Below are positions 1-9,016 of a stretch of DNA of 64,000 nt, piece after piece. Source of the DNA: Pseudobdellovibrio sp. (lineage in GTDB: Bacteria > Bdellovibrionota > Bdellovibrionia > Bdellovibrionales > Bdellovibrionaceae); assembly GCA_046293015.1 (NCBI GenBank), contig JBKBPU010000005.1, forward strand, positions 5,372-69,371, read 5' to 3'. The notes under the pieces were generated by a model. It worked only from the letters and a program-made list of their open reading frames with translations, ran no database searches and was not told where the DNA came from. The translations under genes were made by a program, and so were the position numbers. Position 1 is the first letter of the stretch. Every line of letters starts with the position of its first letter.

Positions 1-92
1 CCGTCACGAGTATTCAATATATTGGGATCAGATGCTAAGGTGTATGAACGGCATATAAAAACTGAAATTATAAATATAAATGATTTTAACAT
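1..92 (-). CDS. 5' fragment of a secreted hypothetical protein running off the left edge (MLKSFIFIISVFICRSYTLASDPNILNTRDG...)
   Basis: Not in the ORF track. ATG at 92-90 lies 1 nt after the stop of the 94..576 gene, with AAGGA upstream, and the frame begins with a signal-peptide-like N-terminus. Confidence 0.7.
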   Translation of the reverse strand, partial: MLKSFIFIISVFICRSYTLASDPNILNTRD

Positions 93-93
93 T

Positions 94-576
94 TTAAAGT
101 CCTTTTTGACTAATAAGTTTGTATTGGCACGTTTGCTTTTTGTTATTTTCGATAATCGTGAGATTGATTTGATCTTGAGTAAAGAGAAGAGTTGTTTTTA
201 TTGTCTGTACTTTTTTTGATTTTTTACATTTTTCAACTGAAGTTTGTTCAAGTTTTGCAGATTCGATTGTATTAGTGTAGTCAGCTGAACAGCCTGGCTT
301 AGTCTGATCGCTAAATTTAACTTTTTCAAGATAGGCAAAAGTTAAATTATTACCGATGATCAGAGTGTAGACTTTTTTATCCTCTAAAAGATCGATTTCA
401 GTTTCTTCGATTTCACAAAATGGGGCCGGATTTTGAGAGGGTACCATAACTTCATAACGGCCTGGTGTGAAATTAAGTTTTTTCAATATTTCATTTTTTG
501 TTGCAGCTTCAGCCTTATTTATTGATAAAAATGGTGACATTAGTAAAATCGATAGGCTTGTAAAAAACTTAGACAT
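94..576 (-). CDS. Secreted hypothetical protein with paired Cys
   Basis: 160-aa ORF with a Sec-type signal peptide (…NKAEA), 4 Cys and a GGAG RBS upstream. Confidence 0.75.
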   Translation of the reverse strand: MSKFFTSLSILLMSPFLSINKAEAATKNEILKKLNFTPGRYEVMVPSQNPAPFCEIEETEIDLLEDKKVYTLIIGNNLTFAYLEKVKFSDQTKPGCSADYTNTIESAKLEQTSVEKCKKSKKVQTIKTTLLFTQDQINLTIIENNKKQTCQYKLISQKGL

Positions 577-757
577 ACAAAAAACTCCGTGTTGAGTTTT
601 ATTTTAAACAAACCTCAACCTAATAACAACTAGACAAAAGGGTAGACATGCAAAAGTGTCTAAATGATTGATAGTAATCGTTGAAAGTATTTCAGAATGT
701 GGCGCTATGAGTTTGGTGGATTAAGAAAGATTGAATAAATTCTAAATATAACATATT

Positions 758-2068
758 TTGACTCACGAATTTAAGTTGAACGTGATTGGTTGTGTTGTGA
801 ATAGACTTCAAAATTTATTCTTTTTTGGTTTATTTTTATTTTCTGCTTCGAGCGGAAGTGCTTTAGATTGGCAAAATTCAAAAAACTTTCTTCGTGAAAA
901 AAATTATGATTATTCGTATGCTGTTGATCAGTTAGAGCAAGCTCGGCTTACGGAAAAAGAAAATTTATCGTTATTTTTGCCACAAATTGATTACATCTTA
1001 AAACATGAACAATCTAATGATACACTTGATGTTTATGAACGCTATTATTCTTCAGGCCTTGTTTTAACTCAAAATTTATTTAATGGCGGAAAAGACTATT
1101 ATAGTTATAAATCAAATCAACAAAAACTTTCATTAGAGCAACTAAATTTTAAGTTAGCAAAAATCAAATTACAATCTGAACTAAAAAGGCTTGTGGCACA
1201 GCTTGAATATACACAAAAATCTGTAGCTTTAAGTGAATCGATTGTCGTTCGCCGTAAAGAGAATTTTGAAAGTGTTTCTTTGCGTTATGGAACAGGTTAT
1301 GAAGATAAGGCTGCTGTTATGTTATCAGAGGCTTATCTCGTTGATTCGAATCTTGATATTGATGTTTCTAAAGCAGATTATGATCAAGCAGATAAGGCAT
1401 TGAAGCAGTTTTTAGGAATTAATCAAGGTGAAAAATTGATATGGCAAGGCACTATACCACAAAAAAATATAACAGTTCTAGATGATTATACAAACATAAA
1501 ATTTGAAGAAATTCTTAAAAAATGCTCGACTGAACATCCACTAATTCTACAGGCGCAGCATGAGGAAAGAGTTAAATATTTCGATCATCAAGTTGAACAA
1601 TCTGGATTTTTTCCAATGCTGGATTTGACTGCTAAGTACACTGATTACGACAGCCAGCCACAATTGCAGCAAAGTAAATGGCTAGTCGGTTTGACATTGA
1701 CGATACCTTTGTTTAGTGGGTTTTCTACTGTAACTAAAAACAAGTCAGCAGAGCTCAGTTATCAACAGGCTTTGAAGAAAACGCTTAATCAAACTTCTTT
1801 TGTTGTTAATCAAATTCATAAATCATTTGCAAACTTGAAGTTAGCTAAAACACGTGTGTTTGTTGCTGAGAAATATTTAAAAGCTGCTAAATTAAGAGCT
1901 GAATATATGCATGAAAAATACAATTTGGGATTAGCATGGTTTGATCGATGGGACAGTGCTGAAACAAGTTTAATCGCTAGAGAAAAAGATTATTTACAGT
2001 CGCAAAGGGACTTAATCGTGGCTTTAGCAGATTTCGAAGAGGCTATTGCTTATGATGAAGAGGAGTAA
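758..2068 (+). CDS. tolC: TolC-family outer membrane efflux protein
   Basis: Two OEP-like repeats (FLPQIDY…LVLTQNLFNGG; FFPMLDL…LTLTIPLFSGF) directly upstream of a MacA/MacB pair. The true start may be GTG 797. Confidence 0.85.
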   Translation: MTHEFKLNVIGCVVNRLQNLFFFGLFLFSASSGSALDWQNSKNFLREKNYDYSYAVDQLEQARLTEKENLSLFLPQIDYILKHEQSNDTLDVYERYYSSGLVLTQNLFNGGKDYYSYKSNQQKLSLEQLNFKLAKIKLQSELKRLVAQLEYTQKSVALSESIVVRRKENFESVSLRYGTGYEDKAAVMLSEAYLVDSNLDIDVSKADYDQADKALKQFLGINQGEKLIWQGTIPQKNITVLDDYTNIKFEEILKKCSTEHPLILQAQHEERVKYFDHQVEQSGFFPMLDLTAKYTDYDSQPQLQQSKWLVGLTLTIPLFSGFSTVTKNKSAELSYQQALKKTLNQTSFVVNQIHKSFANLKLAKTRVFVAEKYLKAAKLRAEYMHEKYNLGLAWFDRWDSAETSLIAREKDYLQSQRDLIVALADFEEAIAYDEEE

Positions 2069-2069
2069 A

Positions 2070-3011
2070 ATGTTAAACAAAGTGCAAAAAAAATATATTC
2101 TCGTTGGGGTTTTAACTTTGATTACAATTATAAGTGGCTTTACTTTCATCAATAAAGTGACTCATCCCAAATTCAAGCAAGCTGCAATTGAAAAAGGTAA
2201 TTTAGAAGTATCTATTTTGGCTACTGGTACTGTATTACCTGAAAATCGTTTAGAAATTAAACCTCCCGTTGCTGGACGTATTGAGGAAGTTCTTGTAGTT
2301 GAAGGGCAAACTGTAGTTAAAGGTCAAGTTTTAGCTTTAATGAGTTCCACTGAACGAGCGGCGTTGTTGGATTCAGCAAGATCGCGCGGTCCTGAAGAAG
2401 TCAAAAAGTGGGAAGACGTAATAAAGCAAACACCGATTATTGCGCCAATCACGGGTACGATCATTTATAAAAATATTGAAAATGGTCAAACATTTACAGA
2501 ATCTGATCCTGTTTTGGTTATGTCTAATCGTTTAAGTATCAAAGTTCAGGTTGATGAAACTGATTTGGCAAAAATTAATCTCAATCAAAAGTGTTTAATA
2601 ATTTTGGATAGTTATCCTGATCAAGTTATTTCGGCACGTGTGGGGCACATTGCTTTTGAAGCTAAGACCGTTAATAATGTTACAACATACACAATTACAG
2701 TTAATCCAGAGTCGATACCTAAATTTATGAGAAGTGGTATGACGGCTAACGTAAAATTTAAAATTGATTCAAAAAAAGATATTTTACTTATTCCGACTGA
2801 ATTTGTGAAGTATGATCAAGGTAAAACGCGCGTTTTGTTGAGAACTCTTGATCGTCATAAACCATTATGGAAAGAAATTAAATTGGGATCCAGCGATGGG
2901 AAAATGACTGAAGTTGTAACAGGGCTTTCTGAAAATGATATTGTGTTAGTTCCTATTGTTGAACAAAGTAAAGTAGCTAATTCGCCATTTGCAACGTTAG
3001 GTCAAAAATAA
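2070..3011 (+). CDS. macA: MacA-like periplasmic adaptor (membrane fusion protein)
   Basis: N-terminal TM anchor and lipoyl halves (IKPPVAGRIEEVLVVEGQTVVKGQ / IIAPITGTI), plus VQVDETD and LRSGMTANV-like motifs. AGGAG RBS precedes ATG 2070. Confidence 0.85.
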   Translation: MLNKVQKKYILVGVLTLITIISGFTFINKVTHPKFKQAAIEKGNLEVSILATGTVLPENRLEIKPPVAGRIEEVLVVEGQTVVKGQVLALMSSTERAALLDSARSRGPEEVKKWEDVIKQTPIIAPITGTIIYKNIENGQTFTESDPVLVMSNRLSIKVQVDETDLAKINLNQKCLIILDSYPDQVISARVGHIAFEAKTVNNVTTYTITVNPESIPKFMRSGMTANVKFKIDSKKDILLIPTEFVKYDQGKTRVLLRTLDRHKPLWKEIKLGSSDGKMTEVVTGLSENDIVLVPIVEQSKVANSPFATLGQK

Positions 3012-3014
3012 TCT

Positions 3015-4979
3015 ATGATCAAATTACAAAATATCAAAAAATCCTATAAAATTGAGGATCAGACCCTTGATATTTTGAAAGGTATTTCTCTCGAAATTAA
3101 ACAAGGTGAATACGTTGCAATTATGGGACCTTCAGGTTCAGGCAAGTCGACATTGATGAATATTCTAGGAATGCTTGATAACCCCAGTGAAGGTTTTTAT
3201 TTTCTTGATGATATTGATGTCTCAAAGTTAAGCGAGGACGATTTAGGTATAATTCGTCGTGATCAAATAGGTTTTATTTTTCAGCAGTTTCATCTGTTGC
3301 CGAGACTAACTGCTTTAGAAAATGTGACCCTACCTCTGCTTTATTCTAAAAAATTTAAAGGATCAGAGCGCGCAAAAGATCTTTTAAAAAATGTCGATTT
3401 AGATTCAAGAATGCATCATTTGCCCAAACAGTTATCAGGTGGACAACAGCAACGTGTAGCTATAGCTCGATCATTGATTAATCAACCTAAAATATTATTT
3501 GCTGACGAGCCGACTGGTAATTTGGATACCAAAAGTCAAGATGATATTATTGATATTTTGAATCAGTTAAACTCACAGGGTATGACTGTCATTATCGTAA
3601 CTCATGATGAGGAAGTCGCATTGCATGCACATCGTATTATTAAAATACGTGATGGTTTAATTCAGTCAGACGAACAAAATGTTCAAAATCAAAAGATCAT
3701 TGATAATCGAAAACTAAATGTTAAATCTCTGTTTAAAATTGATAAGTTGAAATGGTCTGATTTTGAAGAGTACTTTAGGCAAGGATTTAAAACACTCGCA
3801 GGAAACAAAATAAGAACATTGCTTTCAATGCTAGGTATTATGATCGGTGTGGCCTCTGTAGTAGCTATGCTTGCTCTCGGTCAGGGAGCAAAACAAGCTA
3901 TAGAAGATCAAATGGCATCGATGGGATCAAACTTATTAATGATCCGACCTGGTTTGGTTCGAGTCGGTGGGGTGGCACAAGAATCAGCGGCTACGAACCG
4001 ATTGTCGGTTGAAGATATCAAAGCTGTGAAAAATCATCTTTCGCATGTGACAATGGTCTCTGGTCAAGTCAGTGGCAGAACTCAAATTACATCTACTTCA
4101 GGTAAAAACTGGAACACAACAACACAAGGCAGTTCTGATGACTGGGTTGTGATACATAATTCTTCACCAGTTTTGGGACGATTCTTTACTGAAGAAGAAA
4201 ACCAACAGCGATCGCGAGTTGCTGTGATCGGTGAAACTGTTCGAAAGCAACTTTTTGGATCCGATATTAATCCTATTGGTGAATTGATTAAAATTAATAA
4301 AGTCATTTTTCAGGTTATTGGTGTTCTTCCGGAAAAAGGTGCAAATAGCTTTCGTGATCAAGATGATATTGTTATTATTCCGCTAGAAACTGCAATGTTT
4401 AGATTATTTGGACATAACTCTCTTGACTTACTTGAAGTGCAAGTCGATCGACCTGATAAAATTGAACAGACGCAAATCGATGTTCTTGAATTGCTATACA
4501 ATCAACATAAAATACCATATTCAGCTCAAGGTGAAGCTTTCCAGATTAGTAATATGGCTGAAATGCAAAAAACAATTGAACAAAACAATCGAACAATGTC
4601 TTTATTGTTATCCACAATTGCTGCTATTTCGCTACTGGTTGGTGGTATTGGGATCATGAATATTATGTTAGTATCTGTAACAGAACGTACCAAGGAAATC
4701 GGTTTACGCAAATCGATTGGTGCGCGAAGAATCGATATTTTAGCACAATTCTTGTCAGAATCAGTCGTGGTCAGTGTCATCGGAGGTTTTTTCGGAGTTG
4801 TTTTAGGATGGTTGATAACCTTAATTTTATCTTACGGTTTAGGTTGGAGCACGAGTTTATCTTTGGGATCAATTATGATATCTTCGTCATTCTCAGCGTT
4901 AATCGGAATTGTTTTTGGTGTTTTTCCAGCTCATAAGGCTTCATTATTAAACCCAATCGATGCTTTAAGGCACGATTAG
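3015..4979 (+). CDS. macB: MacB-type ABC transporter (fused ATPase + permease)
   Basis: Walker A GPSGSGKS, signature LSGGQQQR, Walker B LFADEPTG, and C-terminal GGIGIMNIMLVSVTERTKEIG…A(S)LLNPIDALR. Confidence 0.95.
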   Translation: MIKLQNIKKSYKIEDQTLDILKGISLEIKQGEYVAIMGPSGSGKSTLMNILGMLDNPSEGFYFLDDIDVSKLSEDDLGIIRRDQIGFIFQQFHLLPRLTALENVTLPLLYSKKFKGSERAKDLLKNVDLDSRMHHLPKQLSGGQQQRVAIARSLINQPKILFADEPTGNLDTKSQDDIIDILNQLNSQGMTVIIVTHDEEVALHAHRIIKIRDGLIQSDEQNVQNQKIIDNRKLNVKSLFKIDKLKWSDFEEYFRQGFKTLAGNKIRTLLSMLGIMIGVASVVAMLALGQGAKQAIEDQMASMGSNLLMIRPGLVRVGGVAQESAATNRLSVEDIKAVKNHLSHVTMVSGQVSGRTQITSTSGKNWNTTTQGSSDDWVVIHNSSPVLGRFFTEEENQQRSRVAVIGETVRKQLFGSDINPIGELIKINKVIFQVIGVLPEKGANSFRDQDDIVIIPLETAMFRLFGHNSLDLLEVQVDRPDKIEQTQIDVLELLYNQHKIPYSAQGEAFQISNMAEMQKTIEQNNRTMSLLLSTIAAISLLVGGIGIMNIMLVSVTERTKEIGLRKSIGARRIDILAQFLSESVVVSVIGGFFGVVLGWLITLILSYGLGWSTSLSLGSIMISSSFSALIGIVFGVFPAHKASLLNPIDALRHD

Positions 4980-5113
4980 GATAAGTTGATCAAATGTTTT
5001 TAAACTCATAATTTTCAGTATGACTCATTATGAGATAATTTAAATCGGTTTTAATCAATGAATGACTGCAGAGAATGATCTCATAATCCGATAGGATATT
5101 GGTAGGGGAACTC

Positions 5114-7975
5114 ATGTCTTTAGAAAAGCGAATTATTTCGATGGCTATGATTTTTTTCATGATCAATAGTCAGTTAGGTTTAGTTTTAGCTTCTGACGCA
5201 ATTCGTTCGAGTAATGGCCAATATGCAAATGACAGTGATCAGTCTTCAGGAATTATACTGCAAAAAGAACCATGCCCACAAAACTTAAAAAAGTGGGTTA
5301 GTCAAGATTTGGAAAATATTGATGACCTTGTAGCAAATGCAAATGAACATCAAGATACAGCTTGTCGAGCTAAACTTGAAAACTTATCAAAAGAGTCAAA
5401 AATCAATCATGATAAGCAAAAAAATACTTCAAGTGGGAAAAAAAATAATAATAATTTCTTTGATTCAGTGAACGTAGATTATTCAAAATCATTGAGTTTA
5501 CAAAACAAAACAGTCATAACTAATTTTGATCAAACACTCAAAGGTTGTTCAAGTCTATCGCCAGAAAAAGAACAATTAGCATTGACGCGGTTTTATAGTG
5601 CTTCTAAAAAATTAACTTATGTCAACGAACAACTTCTGAACGAAGTTGCTTTCTATGATTCATATTTACCGCCTGGTTCGCCACTCGGTTCTATTGAATG
5701 TCCAGTTTTTCAACCGAGTATTCAAAAAAAGTGTGATTCGATAAGACGAGAAAATGAGGTTTGTAAATCTACACAGCAATCTCGTTTTGAAAAGCTGGTC
5801 GCGCGTACACAAGCAAATATCAGTAAAATATCAGAATTGAAGAAAGCTTATAAACAATGTTACTTTAGTAAAATAAACTCTCCGATGGCTAAAGAGGCTA
5901 ACGGTCGTACATTAAAGCCTGGTGTAATTGATAGTATTGAACAAGATTGTGGACGGATTAATGCTGCTATTACAATATTAGAAGCACAAACACCTTGGAT
6001 TAAAGGAAAAAAATTTCAAGACATAGCTTTAAGTCGAAAAGCTAATCCAAGAGTAAATGAAGATGAGATTTATAAAACAGATAAAAAAATATTAAATGAT
6101 GCTATTTATGAGCAACTGAACGCTGATCGCCAGGCACTTCGAGATACGTACGATAAAAACTTACAACATATCAGATGTTTGACTTATAATTCTCAAGATT
6201 CGGGGCAAGATTGTGATATAGGTGAAATTCGTCGTGATATAAATGCTTATGGTGATTTTAAACCATTTAATTATCAATCTAAAGAAACAGTATCGCCAAA
6301 ATCTACACAGTTTTCAGTAGAACAAACTGATCAATGCTTAATGAGTTATGGTCAAAAAGTACAAGATGCTCACGATAAAAAAATGGGGGCTTTGAAAACG
6401 GCGGGTGAAGTTTCATTGATGGCTGTAACATTTATTGCAACTGATGGGTTAGCTGCTGTCGCGTGGTTAAGTCGAGCTCGTAAAGTCGGACAAATGGCCG
6501 AAGTCGGTGGCGAAGTTGTGCAAGCTGGAAGATTAGGGTCGGCCATGCAAAAATCATCTAAAATTATGCAGGCAACCAACATAACTGAGGTGGTACAAGG
6601 AATTAATACAATTGAATCAATGTATGGATTAAGTAAAATAGCAGAATCTTGTCATAAAGATAATCCCTATAATCGAAGTCAGCTTACACAATCAAATGTC
6701 GATAGTAAAAAACTTTGTCAAGATCCAGAACATGAAAGTGCTCTCAATCAAGAACAAGCAATGGATTACGAAACAGATTGCGCTGTTGGTGCGCTATTGG
6801 GTGGATTAATGCAGATGCCTTTTATGGCTGGCGCTAAATACATGCAAAAACTAAAAAATATGAAAAATATGAGTGATGATGAACTTAAAGCTTTACTCAA
6901 AAGAGGGGATCGCGCTGAACTCGAAAAAGTATTAGCACAAAACAGTGCGTTAACTCCAGAACAACGTAAGGATGTTGCTCAGGTTTTAGTTAAAAGAAAC
7001 TTATCGACGACTGAAAAAGATTGTATCATGAAGGCACACAACGTCGGTGTTGGTAAAGTTATGAAAATTACGGGTACCGAAAGTAATACTTATGAATCTG
7101 GCGATTTATTTCAGAAAAAAAGTATCCTGAGTAAATGTGGATTTAGTAGTGATGAGGTAACCATTTTAATGCGTTCTGGTGTTACTGGGGCACGTGAGGA
7201 ACTAGCTCAGCTTGCTGCGAACACTGCAGGTAAAAAATTCGGTCGTGAAATTTCGCAAAATGATGGACGTGTTTTAACTGAAAATACATCCGCTTTATTA
7301 AGCGCTGATGTTAAAGCATCAGCTAAAGCGCGCGAGAATTTAAAAGCGGCTGGATATACAGATGCTGAAATTGATTATATAGCAAATAGTGGTGGTAAAT
7401 GGGATAAGCCATTTGACCCTAGGGCATCAAACACAAATACAGCGCAATTAGCTGCTCAAAGAGCTTCTGCAGAGAGAGCTGTAGCTGAAAGGCTTGCAGC
7501 TCAAAAGGCTGCTGAAGCAGCTGCAGCAGCAGAGGTCGCAAAAAAAGAAGCTGCTCGTAAAGCCTCTGAGCTGCAAGCTTCTCAAAATCCATTTTTACAA
7601 AAGCCAAATACTAGACTTGTTGAAAAAGAAGATTTAATTTTTCGAGTTGGGCAGGGGTCTGCTAAACCGTCGCCGACTGATGCAAAAATGTATCTTAATA
7701 CACAAGGTGCAAAATATGGATATCGAGGTCAAGAAGGCTTGTTTCATACTGTAAATAAAATTACTGATGACACTATAGGCGCAATTAAAAATGCTCAAAG
7801 TGCATTGTCAAGCGGTCGCATAACAGATTCACGTAGTATTGCAGCCATTAAAAATGAATTAGAGGCTTTAAAAGTTAAGTGTCGAGGTTTAGCAAGTGTT
7901 GCTGCACAAGCAGGTTTAAATGGTGCTAGCTATCAATCAAACTTGCAAAATCGAATCAATACAAATTGTAACTAA
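5114..7975 (+). CDS. Large secreted Cys-rich hypothetical protein, toxin/effector-like architecture
   Basis: Long ORF with GGGGA RBS before ATG 5114, a signal peptide, many Cys, a central hydrophobic segment, two helical repeats and an Ala-rich linker. Confidence 0.8.
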   Translation: MSLEKRIISMAMIFFMINSQLGLVLASDAIRSSNGQYANDSDQSSGIILQKEPCPQNLKKWVSQDLENIDDLVANANEHQDTACRAKLENLSKESKINHDKQKNTSSGKKNNNNFFDSVNVDYSKSLSLQNKTVITNFDQTLKGCSSLSPEKEQLALTRFYSASKKLTYVNEQLLNEVAFYDSYLPPGSPLGSIECPVFQPSIQKKCDSIRRENEVCKSTQQSRFEKLVARTQANISKISELKKAYKQCYFSKINSPMAKEANGRTLKPGVIDSIEQDCGRINAAITILEAQTPWIKGKKFQDIALSRKANPRVNEDEIYKTDKKILNDAIYEQLNADRQALRDTYDKNLQHIRCLTYNSQDSGQDCDIGEIRRDINAYGDFKPFNYQSKETVSPKSTQFSVEQTDQCLMSYGQKVQDAHDKKMGALKTAGEVSLMAVTFIATDGLAAVAWLSRARKVGQMAEVGGEVVQAGRLGSAMQKSSKIMQATNITEVVQGINTIESMYGLSKIAESCHKDNPYNRSQLTQSNVDSKKLCQDPEHESALNQEQAMDYETDCAVGALLGGLMQMPFMAGAKYMQKLKNMKNMSDDELKALLKRGDRAELEKVLAQNSALTPEQRKDVAQVLVKRNLSTTEKDCIMKAHNVGVGKVMKITGTESNTYESGDLFQKKSILSKCGFSSDEVTILMRSGVTGAREELAQLAANTAGKKFGREISQNDGRVLTENTSALLSADVKASAKARENLKAAGYTDAEIDYIANSGGKWDKPFDPRASNTNTAQLAAQRASAERAVAERLAAQKAAEAAAAAEVAKKEAARKASELQASQNPFLQKPNTRLVEKEDLIFRVGQGSAKPSPTDAKMYLNTQGAKYGYRGQEGLFHTVNKITDDTIGAIKNAQSALSSGRITDSRSIAAIKNELEALKVKCRGLASVAAQAGLNGASYQSNLQNRINTNCN

Positions 7976-8838
7976 TCCAAATACTCTTCATTAGAGTACT
8001 TTAAATGAATTTTAGGCTCGATACTTTCGTGATATTTTTCACGAACAAGAATGCGTATTTTTTCTTTGAGCAAATCTAAATTACTAGCTTCAGTTTTTAC
8101 ATGTTCTGATTGAGCTTCAGCAACACAAGAACCATTTGGGAATATTTTAACTTGAAAACTAATAGTGTTTGCAACAGGGTGATCAGCCCAATTGTATATG
8201 AAACGCCAATGTGAAATAGCTCCCGCTATGACTAAAAAATGGAAAACTTCATGTGCACCTAAAACAAGAGGTATAATAATAGGCCATTTCAAATAATCCA
8301 ATACGGCACCAATTGAATAATATAAACCACCAGAAGCTAGTAATCGCAAGCTTTCGCCATGAAATGATTTTCGAAATTTATAGCCAGTCAGAGCTCCAAT
8401 CCAACCCAATCCTAAGAATAAAGTTAAAACAAGCCATTCTGGAAATGATGTAAAAAATATGACTTGTAAAGTTAATCCAGTTATTGCGATTAACCAGACA
8501 ATTAGTAAAATCAACCAACGCCAGGGACCACGAAATAAAATGACATGAATCGGGGTGAATGTGCCAGCAATCAAGACCCAAATGGCAGCATGATCAAGTC
8601 GTTGTAAGATAGGCCTTGCTTGGCCGTCGTAAGCTAAAAGGTGATAAACGCCACTCATTGAAAATAGAAAAACTAAAGAAAATGTGTAAATCGCAAGTGC
8701 AATGATACGCGAAGGGCTTCCTTTAGCTTTTTTAAATAGTGGGTAACTTAGCATTAAAAATACAACTGCTCCAATCAGATGTGACCAGCTACTAATCGGA
8801 TCACAAAAACCTAATATGATCGTATTTCTTGTTTCCAA
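7972..8838 (-). CDS. Hemolysin III / PAQR-family membrane protein with a C-terminal soluble extension
   Basis: Multiple TM helices with SGVYH, RLDHAAIWVLIAGTFTP and HEVFH motifs, followed by a ~65-aa soluble tail. Confidence 0.9.
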   Translation of the reverse strand: METRNTIILGFCDPISSWSHLIGAVVFLMLSYPLFKKAKGSPSRIIALAIYTFSLVFLFSMSGVYHLLAYDGQARPILQRLDHAAIWVLIAGTFTPIHVILFRGPWRWLILLIVWLIAITGLTLQVIFFTSFPEWLVLTLFLGLGWIGALTGYKFRKSFHGESLRLLASGGLYYSIGAVLDYLKWPIIIPLVLGAHEVFHFLVIAGAISHWRFIYNWADHPVANTISFQVKIFPNGSCVAEAQSEHVKTEASNLDLLKEKIRILVREKYHESIEPKIHLKYSNEEYLD

Positions 8839-9016
8839 GTTAACCTCACTTTATGTCATTAGATTAACGAAATGTTTGATAAAAAACCAGACCTTTTTCT
8901 AGTTCATGATAATTCTAACTCAATCTTTATATGGGAATCTGACATACTACTATTGAATCGTTGCAAATGTCGGATTGCGTAAGGTGCAAATTTTTTTGAA
9001 TAAGGAATAACTCAAA

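Noticed and set aside
22-219. 65-aa plus-strand ORF
   Set aside because: Shadow of two real minus-strand genes.
581-600. AAAACTC-N6-GAGTTTT hairpin
   Set aside because: Weak AT-rich stem overlapping the RBS of the minus-strand gene; not distinguishable from chance.
7972-8838. Interpreting the 'hemolysin III' gene as a secreted cytolysin
   Set aside because: PAQR-family proteins are integral inner-membrane proteins and the name is historical.
8936-8976. AATCTGACA…TGTCGGATT inverted repeat between divergent genes
   Set aside because: Single 8/9 match with a long spacer and no second occurrence; insufficient support.
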